A stretch of DNA of 64,000 nt from an uncultured Clostridia bacterium (GTDB taxonomy: Bacteria; Bacillota; Clostridia; Christensenellales; UBA1242): the NCBI GenBank assembly GCA_934747385.1, contig CAKVGK010000002.1, positions 258,436 through 322,435 on the forward strand. The letters run 5' to 3'. Shown in pieces: positions 29,580-40,761 of the stretch (within the stretch, counting starts at the first letter, position 1; each line of letters starts with the position of its first letter). The position numbers were made by a program, and so were the translations under genes. The notes beneath the pieces are model-generated. The model was not told where the DNA came from. It ran no database searches and saw nothing but the letters and a program-made list of their open reading frames with translations.

Positions 29580-30325
29580 TCTTCCTCCCTTGCTTTAATT
29601 AATATATCTTGATATCTATCTGCTTGCACAACCACAATTTTTTGAAATTTAAGCATTTCCAAAATTGCCAAAAAAGTGTTAATAATTTCACTTTTTGTGT
29701 AAGTTTCATCAAACAGACTGAAAAAGTTGATTTCTTTGTTTTCTTTAAGCACCCCTGTTAAAAATGCTATTTTGTCCGCCACTGTCCAACGGTCACGCTT
29801 AATTTTCTTTTCCTCTGGGTTTTCTCTATCTTTGGTTTTCATTAAAATAAAAGCAAAAGCATCAAGCAGTTTGTCTAAATTAAAGTCATTAAACACAATG
29901 CGTGTGTCTCCCGCCATTTTGTCTGGCTGCTTATACAATCTGTCAACATTCTCAAACTGTTGCAATTCAGCGCCCGCTTCCTTGAACAATTCATATTCCT
30001 GCAAATCCATTTGCAATTTAAGCAAACTGTCTGCCTCGTCATCTTCCTCCTCTGTTTGCTCAACTGGAAGCAATGACTTTGATTTGAGTTCAAGCAATCT
30101 GCTGGTCATGTCCAAAAACGAAACAGCTTCGTCCATATCCAAACTTGAAATGTCGTCCATATACTTCAAATATTGGTCTGTGATTTCGCTTATTCGAATG
30201 GTTTGAATAGACATGTTGTTTTCTTTAATTAGGTGCAGCAAAAGATCCAAAGGTCCTTCAAAACCTTCCAACCTGAATGTTAAATGACCAGAATAATCAT
30301 CGGTCAATTCTTCAATTTCTTCCAT
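29576..30325 (-). CDS. scpA: Segregation and condensation protein A (kleisin)
   Basis: FEGPLDLLLHLI N-terminal motif. Overlaps scpB by 4 nt. Confidence 0.9.
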   Translation of the reverse strand: MEEIEELTDDYSGHLTFRLEGFEGPLDLLLHLIKENNMSIQTIRISEITDQYLKYMDDISSLDMDEAVSFLDMTSRLLELKSKSLLPVEQTEEEDDEADSLLKLQMDLQEYELFKEAGAELQQFENVDRLYKQPDKMAGDTRIVFNDFNLDKLLDAFAFILMKTKDRENPEEKKIKRDRWTVADKIAFLTGVLKENKEINFFSLFDETYTKSEIINTFLAILEMLKFQKIVVVQADRYQDILIKAREEE

Positions 30326-30332
30326 AGTACTC

Positions 30333-31067
30333 CTAAATTAAAGCAATAGGCAAATATATATAATTATACAATAAATTTAAGTATAAAGCAAATAAATCAA
30401 AGCCAAACAACAATTCACAACAAACGCTAACGATCAGAATTCCGTATAGAATTTTAACGCCATTTTTATAGTTAAAATAAATAAACTTGTTTTGGGATTT
30501 CATGAATGTTGTTATAAAGTCAAACCCTGCAAGTGGGTAAATTGGCAAAATGTTGAAAAGTACCAAAAAACTGTTAACTTGCATTATGATTAACAACACG
30601 AGATAAAAATATCTCATAAACTCATTTGGGCAACCCAATGTTCGGTTAAAAATTAAATAAACGATTGAAGCAACAAGCCCCAACAAAAAATTTGCTAAAA
30701 TGCCAAAGCCGGAAACACTTCTTATGCCCTTGCGGTAATCTTTGAAATTCACTGGATTTATTGGAACAGGTTTTGACCAACCCACGCCAACCAAAATGAA
30801 AAACAAAAAGCCTGCTGGGTCAATGTGTTTTATTGGGTTTAATGTCATCATGCCCATGGATTTTGCTGTTGGATCACCCATTTTGAAGGCTGTGAAAGCG
30901 CGCACAAACTCCCTCAAAGAAAGTGAAAACGCAAAAACAAACACTATTATGATGAATTGTAAAACAGCGTCTAATGGGTCTAAATTTTGACTAAACAACA
31001 ACGAAATTAACATATAAAAAACTTTTGTCCAACACTTTATTATATCAAAACAAAAAGTTAAACGCAA
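30333..31067 (-). CDS. Site-2 protease (peptidase M50) family homologue lacking the metal ligands
   Basis: Family-typical FKMGDPTAKSMGMMTLNPIKHIDPAG and FNILPIYPLAG segments are present, but HExxH reads REFVR and LDG reads LAG. Confidence 0.7.
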   Translation of the reverse strand: MRLTFCFDIIKCWTKVFYMLISLLFSQNLDPLDAVLQFIIIVFVFAFSLSLREFVRAFTAFKMGDPTAKSMGMMTLNPIKHIDPAGFLFFILVGVGWSKPVPINPVNFKDYRKGIRSVSGFGILANFLLGLVASIVYLIFNRTLGCPNEFMRYFYLVLLIIMQVNSFLVLFNILPIYPLAGFDFITTFMKSQNKFIYFNYKNGVKILYGILIVSVCCELLFGFDLFALYLNLLYNYIYLPIALI

Positions 31068-31094
31068 TGATTTTGTCGTTTAACTTTGCTTTAT

Positions 31095-33485
31095 TTAATT
31101 TGAAGATTTTATGCTATTTAAGCGATTGTAAAAACTGCTGGCATTAAGTGGATTTTTTTTGTTAATTATTGCCTCAATTTTTGTGTTATCTTCGTTGGTT
31201 TCGACCAAGCCAAGTTCTTTGAAAACTTCCAAACAAACATAGAACTGCAAATAATTATAGTCTGCTTTTTGTTTGGTTTTGCTTAAAATGTTTTTGTAAA
31301 AATGATAGCAATAATAACCTGTTATTTTGTTGTCACACGCGAACTGAAGCAACCTGAAATATTTGCCAAAAATCTCTCGTTGCAAACTTACATTTTTAAG
31401 CACAACAGCGTTGTTCTCTGGCATATGTGGAAGATAAACAGTTGACTTGCTATGGTGTTGCATTTCGCTCAAATACCCCATATTTAGTATTGGGTCAAGG
31501 AAAATTATTCTGCTGAAGGTGTTGAAATAATCAAAACTTGTTGGTGCTAAAAGAATGGTGTTAAGCCCAGTTGCATCGCCAATATCAAACACTCGATTGC
31601 GGAAAATATTGTTGCTGTCGTAAATAGATTTAAAATTAATGTATGTGTTATAATCGTTAGCAACAATGAGCGTTCCATAAACATTTTTTTCCATGTCCAA
31701 AAGCAAACGTATCAACTGATCGCGATTATAATTGTTGAATTTGTAACTGTCTTGAATTGGGTACATAAATTGCTTGACATATTCTGCCAAAACAATATCG
31801 TTATCTTGTGGGCGGTATACTCCCTCGTAATCAACAGATTTAACGATGCCAGAAATTTGCTTGTTATTTCTAAACGTGTCAACATTAAGGTCAGCCAAAA
31901 TGCTGCATTCTGTGTTGCCGGACAAAACAAAATAATTGTTGCTGGCATTAAAGGCAAGCAAGTTGAAATTTGGGTAATTTAAAACCAAATGTTGTGGGTG
32001 CTTTGGCAAACTGCTGATTGTTGCATTTTTAAGGCGGAATGCAAAGATTGGACGAGCATTCATGTGGCCACATGGTTCAAGCCTATCAATATCTTCAACC
32101 AATTTCAAAGTAATTTCGCTTGCGTCAAGCGCAAAATCGTACGACTTTGTTGGCAAAAAGTCTGCTTTATTCAAGTTTTCATCAACATATTGATTGGTTG
32201 CCCTTGTAAATTCGTCGTACTTGTCAACTTTAAGTGTCAAACCTGCTGCCATTGGGTGACCGCCAAATTTGGTCAATATTTCGCTCATACTACTTAAAAG
32301 CGTGTGGACGTTAACTCCGTTAACGCTGCGGCAAGAGCCTGTTAATTCATCCCCCACTTGGCTGAAAAGGAAAGTTGGGCGATGATATTCTTCAGCTATG
32401 CGTGCTGAAACAATGCCTAAAATGCCACTGTCCCATTCTGGTGAAGACATAACGATTGCACTTATTTTGAAAATATCTTTGCCACGCAATTCGTTTTTAA
32501 CGTCGTTGTAAACTCTGTCACACAATTGCTGACGTTGATTATTGAATTCGAGAATTTTGTTAATGATTGGTTTGACCTTATTTGGATTTTCTTCCATATA
32601 AAGTTCCAAACTTGTTTCTGCGCTGCCCATGCGCCCACTAGCGTTGATTTTTGGTGCAACTTTGAACGCTATGTCACTCGCTTTGCAATTTGACTTGTTG
32701 ACACCGCATTCTTGCATTAAACGCAAAATGCCGATTGGCAAATGGTCAATGTCTTTCAAGCCTAAACTTACAATTGCCCTATTTTCGTCCAGCAATTCAA
32801 CAATGTCCGCAATTGTGGCAATGGCGCAGATTGGCAAATATTTTGTGGCGGTTGTTATTCCAGCCAGAGCCTGCACAAGTTTGAGTGCCACACCTGCACC
32901 ACAAAGGCAATGAAAAGGATATGTTTTGCTAACTTTTGGGTTAATAATTAAACAATTTGGCAGTTTTTCGGCTGGTTCGTGGTGGTCTGTGACAATAACG
33001 TCAACACCATTTTGTTTAAGATATTCAACCTCTTCAACTGCTGTGATGCCGCAATCTACAGTTATAAGCAAGTCTGGCTTATTTTTGGCAAAAATTTTGT
33101 CCAAAGTTTGAACAGATAAACCATAGCCGTCCTCGTAACGATTTGGCATATAATTTGTGACCTCAGCACCGACTGATTGAAAATATTTAATCAAAATTGC
33201 GCTGGCTGTTATGCCATCGACGTCATAGTCGCCAAATATTAAAATTTTGCTGTCCTTTGCTATATGTTTTTCAACTTTTTCAACAACTGCAGCCATATCT
33301 TCAAACAAAAACGGGTCGTTCAAATCACGAATGCTTGGTGCTAGATACTGGTTAAGTTTTGTTTGTGTGTTTATGCCACGAGAATATAAAAGAGAAACGA
33401 GGTGTTTATCTAAATTAAAAATCTTGCTCATCTCGTTTACAAATTCGGTATTAACATTTTGATCAATTGAACATATATATTTCAT
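31095..33485 (-). CDS. recJ: Single-stranded-DNA-specific exonuclease RecJ
   Basis: DHH motifs (IFGDYDVDGITA, TVDCG, VIVTDHH) and DHHA1 motif (GGHPMAAG). Long C-terminal extension. Confidence 0.9.
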   Translation of the reverse strand: MKYICSIDQNVNTEFVNEMSKIFNLDKHLVSLLYSRGINTQTKLNQYLAPSIRDLNDPFLFEDMAAVVEKVEKHIAKDSKILIFGDYDVDGITASAILIKYFQSVGAEVTNYMPNRYEDGYGLSVQTLDKIFAKNKPDLLITVDCGITAVEEVEYLKQNGVDVIVTDHHEPAEKLPNCLIINPKVSKTYPFHCLCGAGVALKLVQALAGITTATKYLPICAIATIADIVELLDENRAIVSLGLKDIDHLPIGILRLMQECGVNKSNCKASDIAFKVAPKINASGRMGSAETSLELYMEENPNKVKPIINKILEFNNQRQQLCDRVYNDVKNELRGKDIFKISAIVMSSPEWDSGILGIVSARIAEEYHRPTFLFSQVGDELTGSCRSVNGVNVHTLLSSMSEILTKFGGHPMAAGLTLKVDKYDEFTRATNQYVDENLNKADFLPTKSYDFALDASEITLKLVEDIDRLEPCGHMNARPIFAFRLKNATISSLPKHPQHLVLNYPNFNLLAFNASNNYFVLSGNTECSILADLNVDTFRNNKQISGIVKSVDYEGVYRPQDNDIVLAEYVKQFMYPIQDSYKFNNYNRDQLIRLLLDMEKNVYGTLIVANDYNTYINFKSIYDSNNIFRNRVFDIGDATGLNTILLAPTSFDYFNTFSRIIFLDPILNMGYLSEMQHHSKSTVYLPHMPENNAVVLKNVSLQREIFGKYFRLLQFACDNKITGYYCYHFYKNILSKTKQKADYNYLQFYVCLEVFKELGLVETNEDNTKIEAIINKKNPLNASSFYNRLNSIKSSN

Positions 33486-33536
33486 TTTTTATCCATTGTT
33501 TTTTAAAGAAAAAGCCTTTCAAAAGAAAGGCCAAAT

Positions 33537-34493
33537 TTATTTTTCTTCCACTGCTTGGACCTTGCTTTCAACTTTTGCTTTGCGAACGCGTTTTTTGCAA
33601 TGTGTTATGCACGCACTCCAAACAAAAGGCAAAACATACAAGCAAACTGCAAGTTCTACAACTGCAACGAACATAATATTTAAAGCAACATATTTTAAAG
33701 CACTTGGCGCAATAAGCACAAACAGCAAGCCAAATGCAAACACTGATATTGCCAAAGCATTCATTCTAAACCTTGATTGAACCATGGCTGTTTTGATTGC
33801 AGTTGAATAATCACCGCCGTCAAGCCAAGAAGCTTTGCGCATCGATTCAAACACATTCAAGCAACCGTAAACAATAAGCAAGTTAAGAACAATCATGATT
33901 GTGAAAATGCTTAAACCAACAGTCAATCTAAGCAATGAGCAAATTGAAATGAAGCCTGCACTGCCAATCAAACAACTGATGATAACAGCCAATGCGCTTG
34001 CCCCGTTGTAACGAATGAACGCAAACAATGAAGCCAATGCAACAAGCAACAAGATTGCAACTGATGCAAAAATGTAATCAATATTTCTAACAACAGGCGC
34101 AACATGCACTGAAACAGAAATATCTTCAGCTTGCAAATTGAGTTTTGTTGCTATTTTATTGTTCATTTCAGTAAGTTCTTCAGCTGACAAATTTTTCATG
34201 TAACGAACAACAAGTTTGGTTTCGTCCCCCTCGCTGTACACTGAAATTGTGTCAAAGCCTGAATTGTAAGTTTTTACAATTTGTTCAACGTTTTTAGAAG
34301 CAGTGTTAACTTTTGTTTCACTTCCAATTCTAACTGAAAATTCGTTATAACCTGCCATTTCAAAGTTGCCGCGCAAGCCAAACACACAAGCCACAACAAT
34401 GCCAACAGCCAAGAATGCCGCTAAAATAATTAATACAATTTTGTTTTTGTTAAAATAATCTTTGTTTGGTTTTGAAAAATCTCTATTAAGCAT
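33537..34493 (-). CDS. secF: Protein translocase subunit SecF
   Basis: Six-TM SecF topology. Start set at ATG 34493, 5 nt after AAGGAGG, overlapping the secD stop by 8 nt. Confidence 0.85.
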   Translation of the reverse strand: MLNRDFSKPNKDYFNKNKIVLIILAAFLAVGIVVACVFGLRGNFEMAGYNEFSVRIGSETKVNTASKNVEQIVKTYNSGFDTISVYSEGDETKLVVRYMKNLSAEELTEMNNKIATKLNLQAEDISVSVHVAPVVRNIDYIFASVAILLLVALASLFAFIRYNGASALAVIISCLIGSAGFISICSLLRLTVGLSIFTIMIVLNLLIVYGCLNVFESMRKASWLDGGDYSTAIKTAMVQSRFRMNALAISVFAFGLLFVLIAPSALKYVALNIMFVAVVELAVCLYVLPFVWSACITHCKKRVRKAKVESKVQAVEEK

Positions 34494-35799
34494 TTTTGCC
34501 TCCTTTGTGGAAGTTGCATTTTTTGCCATTTTCGTTGTTAATTGCAAGGTACATAGCCACAAACAAACGCATTAAAACTAGGCTTATGAACACGTTCACA
34601 AAAGGCAACACCAAAGCAACCCAACCAAAAGATTGAATGCCCAGACTTGGCATAAACAAGCATGCAAAGCCAAGCAATGCGAACACTGTGTTGTTAACGA
34701 AAATGCGAACTAAACTTTCTTTAAATGCAAGGCGAAAAGCAATGTAAAGTTTTGTGTCTGCCTGATAATGACGTTTTGCACTCTCCAAGATTGACAGCAA
34801 ACTATCTGCCATCAAAACATATGCCAGCATCATTGCAATAACGCCTGCAAAATTAATGTGCACTGCTGGAATTGATTGAAGCAAGAACAAGCCCAAAACT
34901 GTGAAGAACAACATTGCAAACGCACTGAGCCAGCCCATATCGCGATATTTAACAATCATTAAAGCAAGAACAGCCAATGCAAACACTGCAAAAATAACAG
35001 AAACATAAACGTTTGCGCCAATACCATAAGTTGCACTCATTTTGCCATCTTCAAGTTTAGTTAAGTTAACATCCAACATGCCAGAACGGATTTTGTTTGC
35101 ATAAGTATTTGCCACAGTTTGACTTGTGAAAGCGTCACTTTGAATGATAATCATGCCATCTTCAATTGAAGAACTGCCCAAATCCATTTGTGTGAAAAGT
35201 TCCTCACCAAAATAAATATACATGGTGCCGCCGTCTTTGGTTTTTGTTGCAATTTCTTCCTTAACATTGTCGTTAAAATCTATGCGGACATAATATAACA
35301 TTTCGCCAGTTTCGTTGTTGTAGTAACTTTGTGAAGAAACTGTTTTAATGTTGGAAGCGTCAACAAACGCCTTGGTTTGGTCTTGTTCCATAGAAAAACT
35401 AATTCTGGCAGGTTCACCCACCAAACTTGTCAAGTTAGAAATATCGTCGTCACCAGCAACTGCCACTTGAAGAATGATTTGATCTTCCCCTCTTCTGGCA
35501 ATGGTTGAGTCTTTAAAACCTTCATTTTGAACTATTTTAAGCAATTTTGACATTGCTGAATTTGTTAAATTATCATAGTTTGATTCAACTTCATTTTCAA
35601 GCAACTCTGCACGATAAACAATGCGATAGGTCGAACCAATATCTTCCCCCAATTTCATGCTTGAAACAAAATTGGTGTAAGAAAAATGTTTGCCGTTGAT
35701 TGCAAACGGATAAGTAAAGTTGACAAATGCTGCCACTAAACATATAACTAAAATGATTGAGAATATAACAAATAAACTTTTTGAGCGTCTTTTAGTCAT
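34486..35799 (-). CDS. secD: Protein translocase subunit SecD
   Basis: N-terminal TM helix, a periplasmic-type domain and a C-terminal 5-TM bundle, directly upstream of secF. Confidence 0.85.
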   Translation of the reverse strand: MTKRRSKSLFVIFSIILVICLVAAFVNFTYPFAINGKHFSYTNFVSSMKLGEDIGSTYRIVYRAELLENEVESNYDNLTNSAMSKLLKIVQNEGFKDSTIARRGEDQIILQVAVAGDDDISNLTSLVGEPARISFSMEQDQTKAFVDASNIKTVSSQSYYNNETGEMLYYVRIDFNDNVKEEIATKTKDGGTMYIYFGEELFTQMDLGSSSIEDGMIIIQSDAFTSQTVANTYANKIRSGMLDVNLTKLEDGKMSATYGIGANVYVSVIFAVFALAVLALMIVKYRDMGWLSAFAMLFFTVLGLFLLQSIPAVHINFAGVIAMMLAYVLMADSLLSILESAKRHYQADTKLYIAFRLAFKESLVRIFVNNTVFALLGFACLFMPSLGIQSFGWVALVLPFVNVFISLVLMRLFVAMYLAINNENGKKCNFHKGGKNA

Positions 35800-35958
35800 C
35801 TAAATCTCCTAAATTCAGTTAGATTATAAACAAATTTTGCAACTATGTCAAACGAAACAACCGCAAAAACTTAAACTAACTATTTTTAATTTAATAAATA
35901 ACTAAATTATTGCCCAAAAAGTTTATTTTAATTGTACTAAATTGATTTTAAACGAATA

Positions 35959-36480
35959 GATACACTCAATGCTAACGCATTTTGGTATGACAAACAGTCA
36001 TCCTGAGCGTAGTCGAAGGATCACTATACTTCGTTATAACTTAACTTTGAAACTTGAGATGTTTCGGCTCCGTTTCACTCAGCAAACATATGAACTCGTA
36101 AACTCGTTATTCATGTGTTTTGCTCCATTTGACTTCGCTCAACATGACAAAAGGAAAAAGATATACTCGCGATCGTCGGTATATGAGTTCGTAAACTCAC
36201 TGTTCATATACCGGCTATCGCTAGTTATATGAGTTCGCAAGCTCACTTTTCATATACCGGCTATCGCTAGTTATATGAGTTCGCAAGCTCACTTTTCATA
36301 TACCGGCTATCGCTCGGTATGACAGAATCTGGGGGTCTCCAACAAAGCAAAACGTAGTGGGTTCGTTGGGTGTTTGTCTTGAAAGGTTGTGTGAGTTAGT
36401 ATTCAATAATCCTTATGTCTTGTGTCCCCTTGAGAGGGGAAGGCTGGTAAAACGCTTGCGTTTTAACAAAGGGTAGTTTA
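35959..36480. repeat. Mosaic of hairpin repeat modules (region A) filling the secD-upstream intergenic region
   Basis: Contains GTCAT-stem-GAGCGNAGC-stem' hairpins in both orientations, a 3 x 46-bp tandem array, and segments shared with 53611-54215. Confidence 0.8.
36180..36317. repeat. Three tandem 46-bp units, each an imperfect palindrome
   Basis: TATATGAGTTCG(C/T)AA(G/A)CTCAC(T/G)TTTCATATACCGGCTATCGCT(AGT/CGG) starting at 36180, 36226 and 36272. Confidence 0.9.
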
Positions 36481-36533
36481 TTTAAGTCCTCTTATACATT
36501 TGGCTTTACTGCTGCTTGTTGTTGAACCTATCT

Positions 36534-36932
36534 TTAAGCAGTTTTTTTGCTTGTTAACTTGAATATTATTGCTGCAACAACAGCAACAATAACCGCAAAC
36601 AACAAATCAAAAACAATGCTGACGTTGAATGTAAATCCGCCGTTCAAAATTGAGAACACCACAAATGAAAGCAAACCATAAACTACCCCGGCAATCACAG
36701 AACGTAACAACAGCTTTTCGTCTGTGGATTTTTTAAGCATAAGCACAACAAAAAATATTGACAATGCTTTGATAACGTCGTTAATGTAAGAAACTATTTT
36801 GCTTGGAATGTCTGCAAACTTTAAGATAACTGCCAAAATCACAGTTCCAATTAGGGTTATAACCAATCCTAATAAGCAACTTTTTATTATTGAAATTATT
36901 TCGCTGGCTTTTCCCGATTTAACTTTTTCCAT
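36534..36932 (-). CDS. Small 4-TM membrane protein (possibly the TIGR04086/YrzE family)
   Basis: 132 aa with four hydrophobic helices. The family assignment is a guess from size, topology and secDF neighbourhood. Confidence 0.5.
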   Translation of the reverse strand: MEKVKSGKASEIISIIKSCLLGLVITLIGTVILAVILKFADIPSKIVSYINDVIKALSIFFVVLMLKKSTDEKLLLRSVIAGVVYGLLSFVVFSILNGGFTFNVSIVFDLLFAVIVAVVAAIIFKLTSKKTA

Positions 36933-37240
36933 AAATTTTCCTCCTACTTTAACTTATTTTTGATAAAGCGTTAAAGAACAGGAAAAAATGTTAAAAAAGG
37001 GCTTGTTTTGGTGAAAATGTATGTTTACTTTCAAATTATCGTCATGCTTTGTTGAAATAACAAATCCTGTAATAACATTGGGAGTGTTTTTTTGTTTAAA
37101 GATTCTTCAACTAGGCTAAAATTTAAAAATATTTTTGCAAGATTTTTCAAATTATTCGCTTCACTTAAAATTAAAAATTACCCAAATTTTTGTTACGATA
37201 AACGGAACTTGTTGGCTATGTTTATGAGGCTTTATAATAT

Positions 37241-37271
37241 ACAAAAAAAAATGCCAGACAACTGACATTTT
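37241..37271 (-). terminator. Intrinsic terminator after yajC
   Basis: Minus-strand ATGTCAG TTGT CTGGCAT hairpin followed by T9. Confidence 0.7.
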
Positions 37272-37279
37272 TAGTTTAT

Positions 37280-37729
37280 TTATTTTGAAGATTTATCAGT
37301 TTTGGCAGGTTTTTCTGCTTTTTCTGCCTTAACTTCTTTTGCTGGCTCAACTTTTTCTTCTTTCACAGGTTCAGCTTTAACTTCTGCCTTATCTTCCACT
37401 TTTTGTTGAGGTTTTACAACAACAACTTTTTTGGTTTGAGCCTGTTGCTCTTCCTTGCCAAAAACGTAATAGATTGCATTGGCATGAACAGTGAAATAGC
37501 CAGTGTGTTCACCACGGCCAGTTTTAAGCACGAAATACTTGTATTCATCTTCTGTGAATGCCTCAACAACTTCACCAACAACGCCTGTGTCGGTCATAAC
37601 TTTGTCGCCTGGTTTAAGTTCTTCACGCATTGAGCCAAGTTCTGTGTTAAATTTCTTTTTCTTGAAATAAGACAAAACAAACAATGCCACTACCAAAACA
37701 AGTAAAACTACCAATAAAATAATTTCCAT
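37280..37729 (-). CDS. yajC: Preprotein translocase subunit YajC with a tail rich in K, E, V and A
   Basis: N-terminal TM helix and LKPGDKVMTDTGVVGEVV core. About 60 aa of charged C-terminal extension. Confidence 0.85.
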   Translation of the reverse strand: MEIILLVVLLVLVVALFVLSYFKKKKFNTELGSMREELKPGDKVMTDTGVVGEVVEAFTEDEYKYFVLKTGRGEHTGYFTVHANAIYYVFGKEEQQAQTKKVVVVKPQQKVEDKAEVKAEPVKEEKVEPAKEVKAEKAEKPAKTDKSSK

Positions 37730-37914
37730 AATATCCCCTTTTAAACTTGAATGATTTTAGCAAAAGTTTAAACTGACTGTCAAACCTTTTTAACAAATAT
37801 ATAAAATTAAACTTTAAAAAATCTAAATTTTTATGTTACAAAATGAAAAAATTTGTTAAAATTAATCAAAAGCGCATTTTATTAACCAATTTTGCAACAC
37901 TAAACAATTAGATT

Positions 37915-39557
<1,643 letters not shown>

Positions 39558-39669
39558 TAATTTCTCCTCTTAATTGTAAAAAAAGTTGTTATAAACATCG
39601 TTTAACTTGTAAAAATGACACAATTTGAACATAAACATGCCAAATTAAACAGAGTGAATAATTTTTGGT

Positions 39670-40761
39670 TTATTCAATAAACATGCTGTCGCCAAAACTG
39701 AAAAAGCGATATTGATTTTCAACTGCAAATTCGTACAAATTCATTGTGTTTTCGTAACCCGCAAATGCACTAATCAGCATAATTAAAGTTGATTTTGGCA
39801 GATGGAAATTTGTGATGAGTGCGTCAACAATTTTAAATTTATATGGCGGATAAATGAAAATGCTTGTGTTGTCGTCATCAGCCGCAAGTGGCACGCCTTT
39901 TAGTGCAACGCTTTCAAGAGTGCGGACGCTGGTTGTGCCAACAGCAATCACGCGACGATTTTCCCTTTTTGCCAAGTTTATTCTTTCGGCAGCCTGCTCA
40001 CTTAAATGGTAATGTTCTGTGTGCATGGTGTGTTTTGTTATGTCGTCTTCTTTGCATGGGCGGAAAGTTCCAAGCCCAACATCAAGGGTAAGTTCAACTA
40101 TTTCCACCCCCATATCTTGAATTTTTTTAAGAAGTTCCTTTGTAAAATGCAAGCCTGCGGTTGGTGCTGCGGCGCTGCCTTCAACCTTGTTGTATACGGT
40201 TTGGTAGCGTTCTTTATCTTTCAATTTTTCATGAATATAATGTGGTAATGGCATTTGCCCCACGCGTGACAAAATGTCTTCAAAAACGCCATTATAGATA
40301 AATTTTACAATTCGATTTCCATCCTCTTTAACGGATACAATTTCGCATTTTAATTCGTCATTAAAAGTTACTACTGTGCCCACCGGAACTCGCTTTGCTG
40401 GTTTAATAAGCACTTCCCATTCGTCCAAATTAATGCGTTTTAAAAGCAGCACTTCAATGTTAGCACCTGTCACCTTTTTGCCGTAAAGGCGCGCAGGCAA
40501 AACGCGAGTATTGTTTACAACAAGCACGTCACCTTTGCGCAAAAATTCTGTAATATCTTTAAAATGCCTTTGCTTGATTTCATTTGTTTTGCGGTTAAAA
40601 ACAAGCAGTTTGCTTTCATCTCTTTTTTCAAGTGGAGTTTGAGCAATAAGTTCTTCTGGCAAATAGTAATCATAAGTTGACAGCTTTTGATAGTCCACTT
40701 GTGTTTGCTTTTTTGCTGGTTGTTTTTTGTTGGTTAAACTTATTAATTTACTCGCTTTCAT
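39670..40761 (-). CDS. queA: S-adenosylmethionine:tRNA ribosyltransferase-isomerase
   Basis: [27 protein letters not shown] and [11 protein letters not shown] motifs. Start at ATG 40761 overlaps the ruvB end by 14 nt and gives an N-extension of about 25 aa. Confidence 0.9.
   Translation of the reverse strand: MKASKLISLTNKKQPAKKQTQVDYQKLSTYDYYLPEELIAQTPLEKRDESKLLVFNRKTNEIKQRHFKDITEFLRKGDVLVVNNTRVLPARLYGKKVTGANIEVLLLKRINLDEWEVLIKPAKRVPVGTVVTFNDELKCEIVSVKEDGNRIVKFIYNGVFEDILSRVGQMPLPHYIHEKLKDKERYQTVYNKVEGSAAAPTAGLHFTKELLKKIQDMGVEIVELTLDVGLGTFRPCKEDDITKHTMHTEHYHLSEQAAERINLAKRENRRVIAVGTTSVRTLESVALKGVPLAADDDNTSIFIYPPYKFKIVDALITNFHLPKSTLIMLISAFAGYENTMNLYEFAVENQYRFFSFGDSMFIE

Noticed and set aside
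33537-34562. SecF ORF extension to 34562, overlapping secD by 77 nt.
   Set aside because: An internal ATG at 34493 has a perfect AAGGAGG RBS and gives a normal SecF N-terminus. The extension is most likely untranslated.
35969-36232. 87-aa plus-strand ORF (MLTHFGMTNSHPERSRRI...).
   Set aside because: It is a read-through of the hairpin repeat modules. It has no RBS, and its peptide repeats simply mirror the DNA repeats.
36180-36317. Regularly spaced 46-bp repeats that could suggest a CRISPR array.
   Set aside because: The units are directly contiguous with no unique spacers. There are only three of them, no cas genes or leader are nearby, and the units belong to the hairpin repeat family seen elsewhere in the window.
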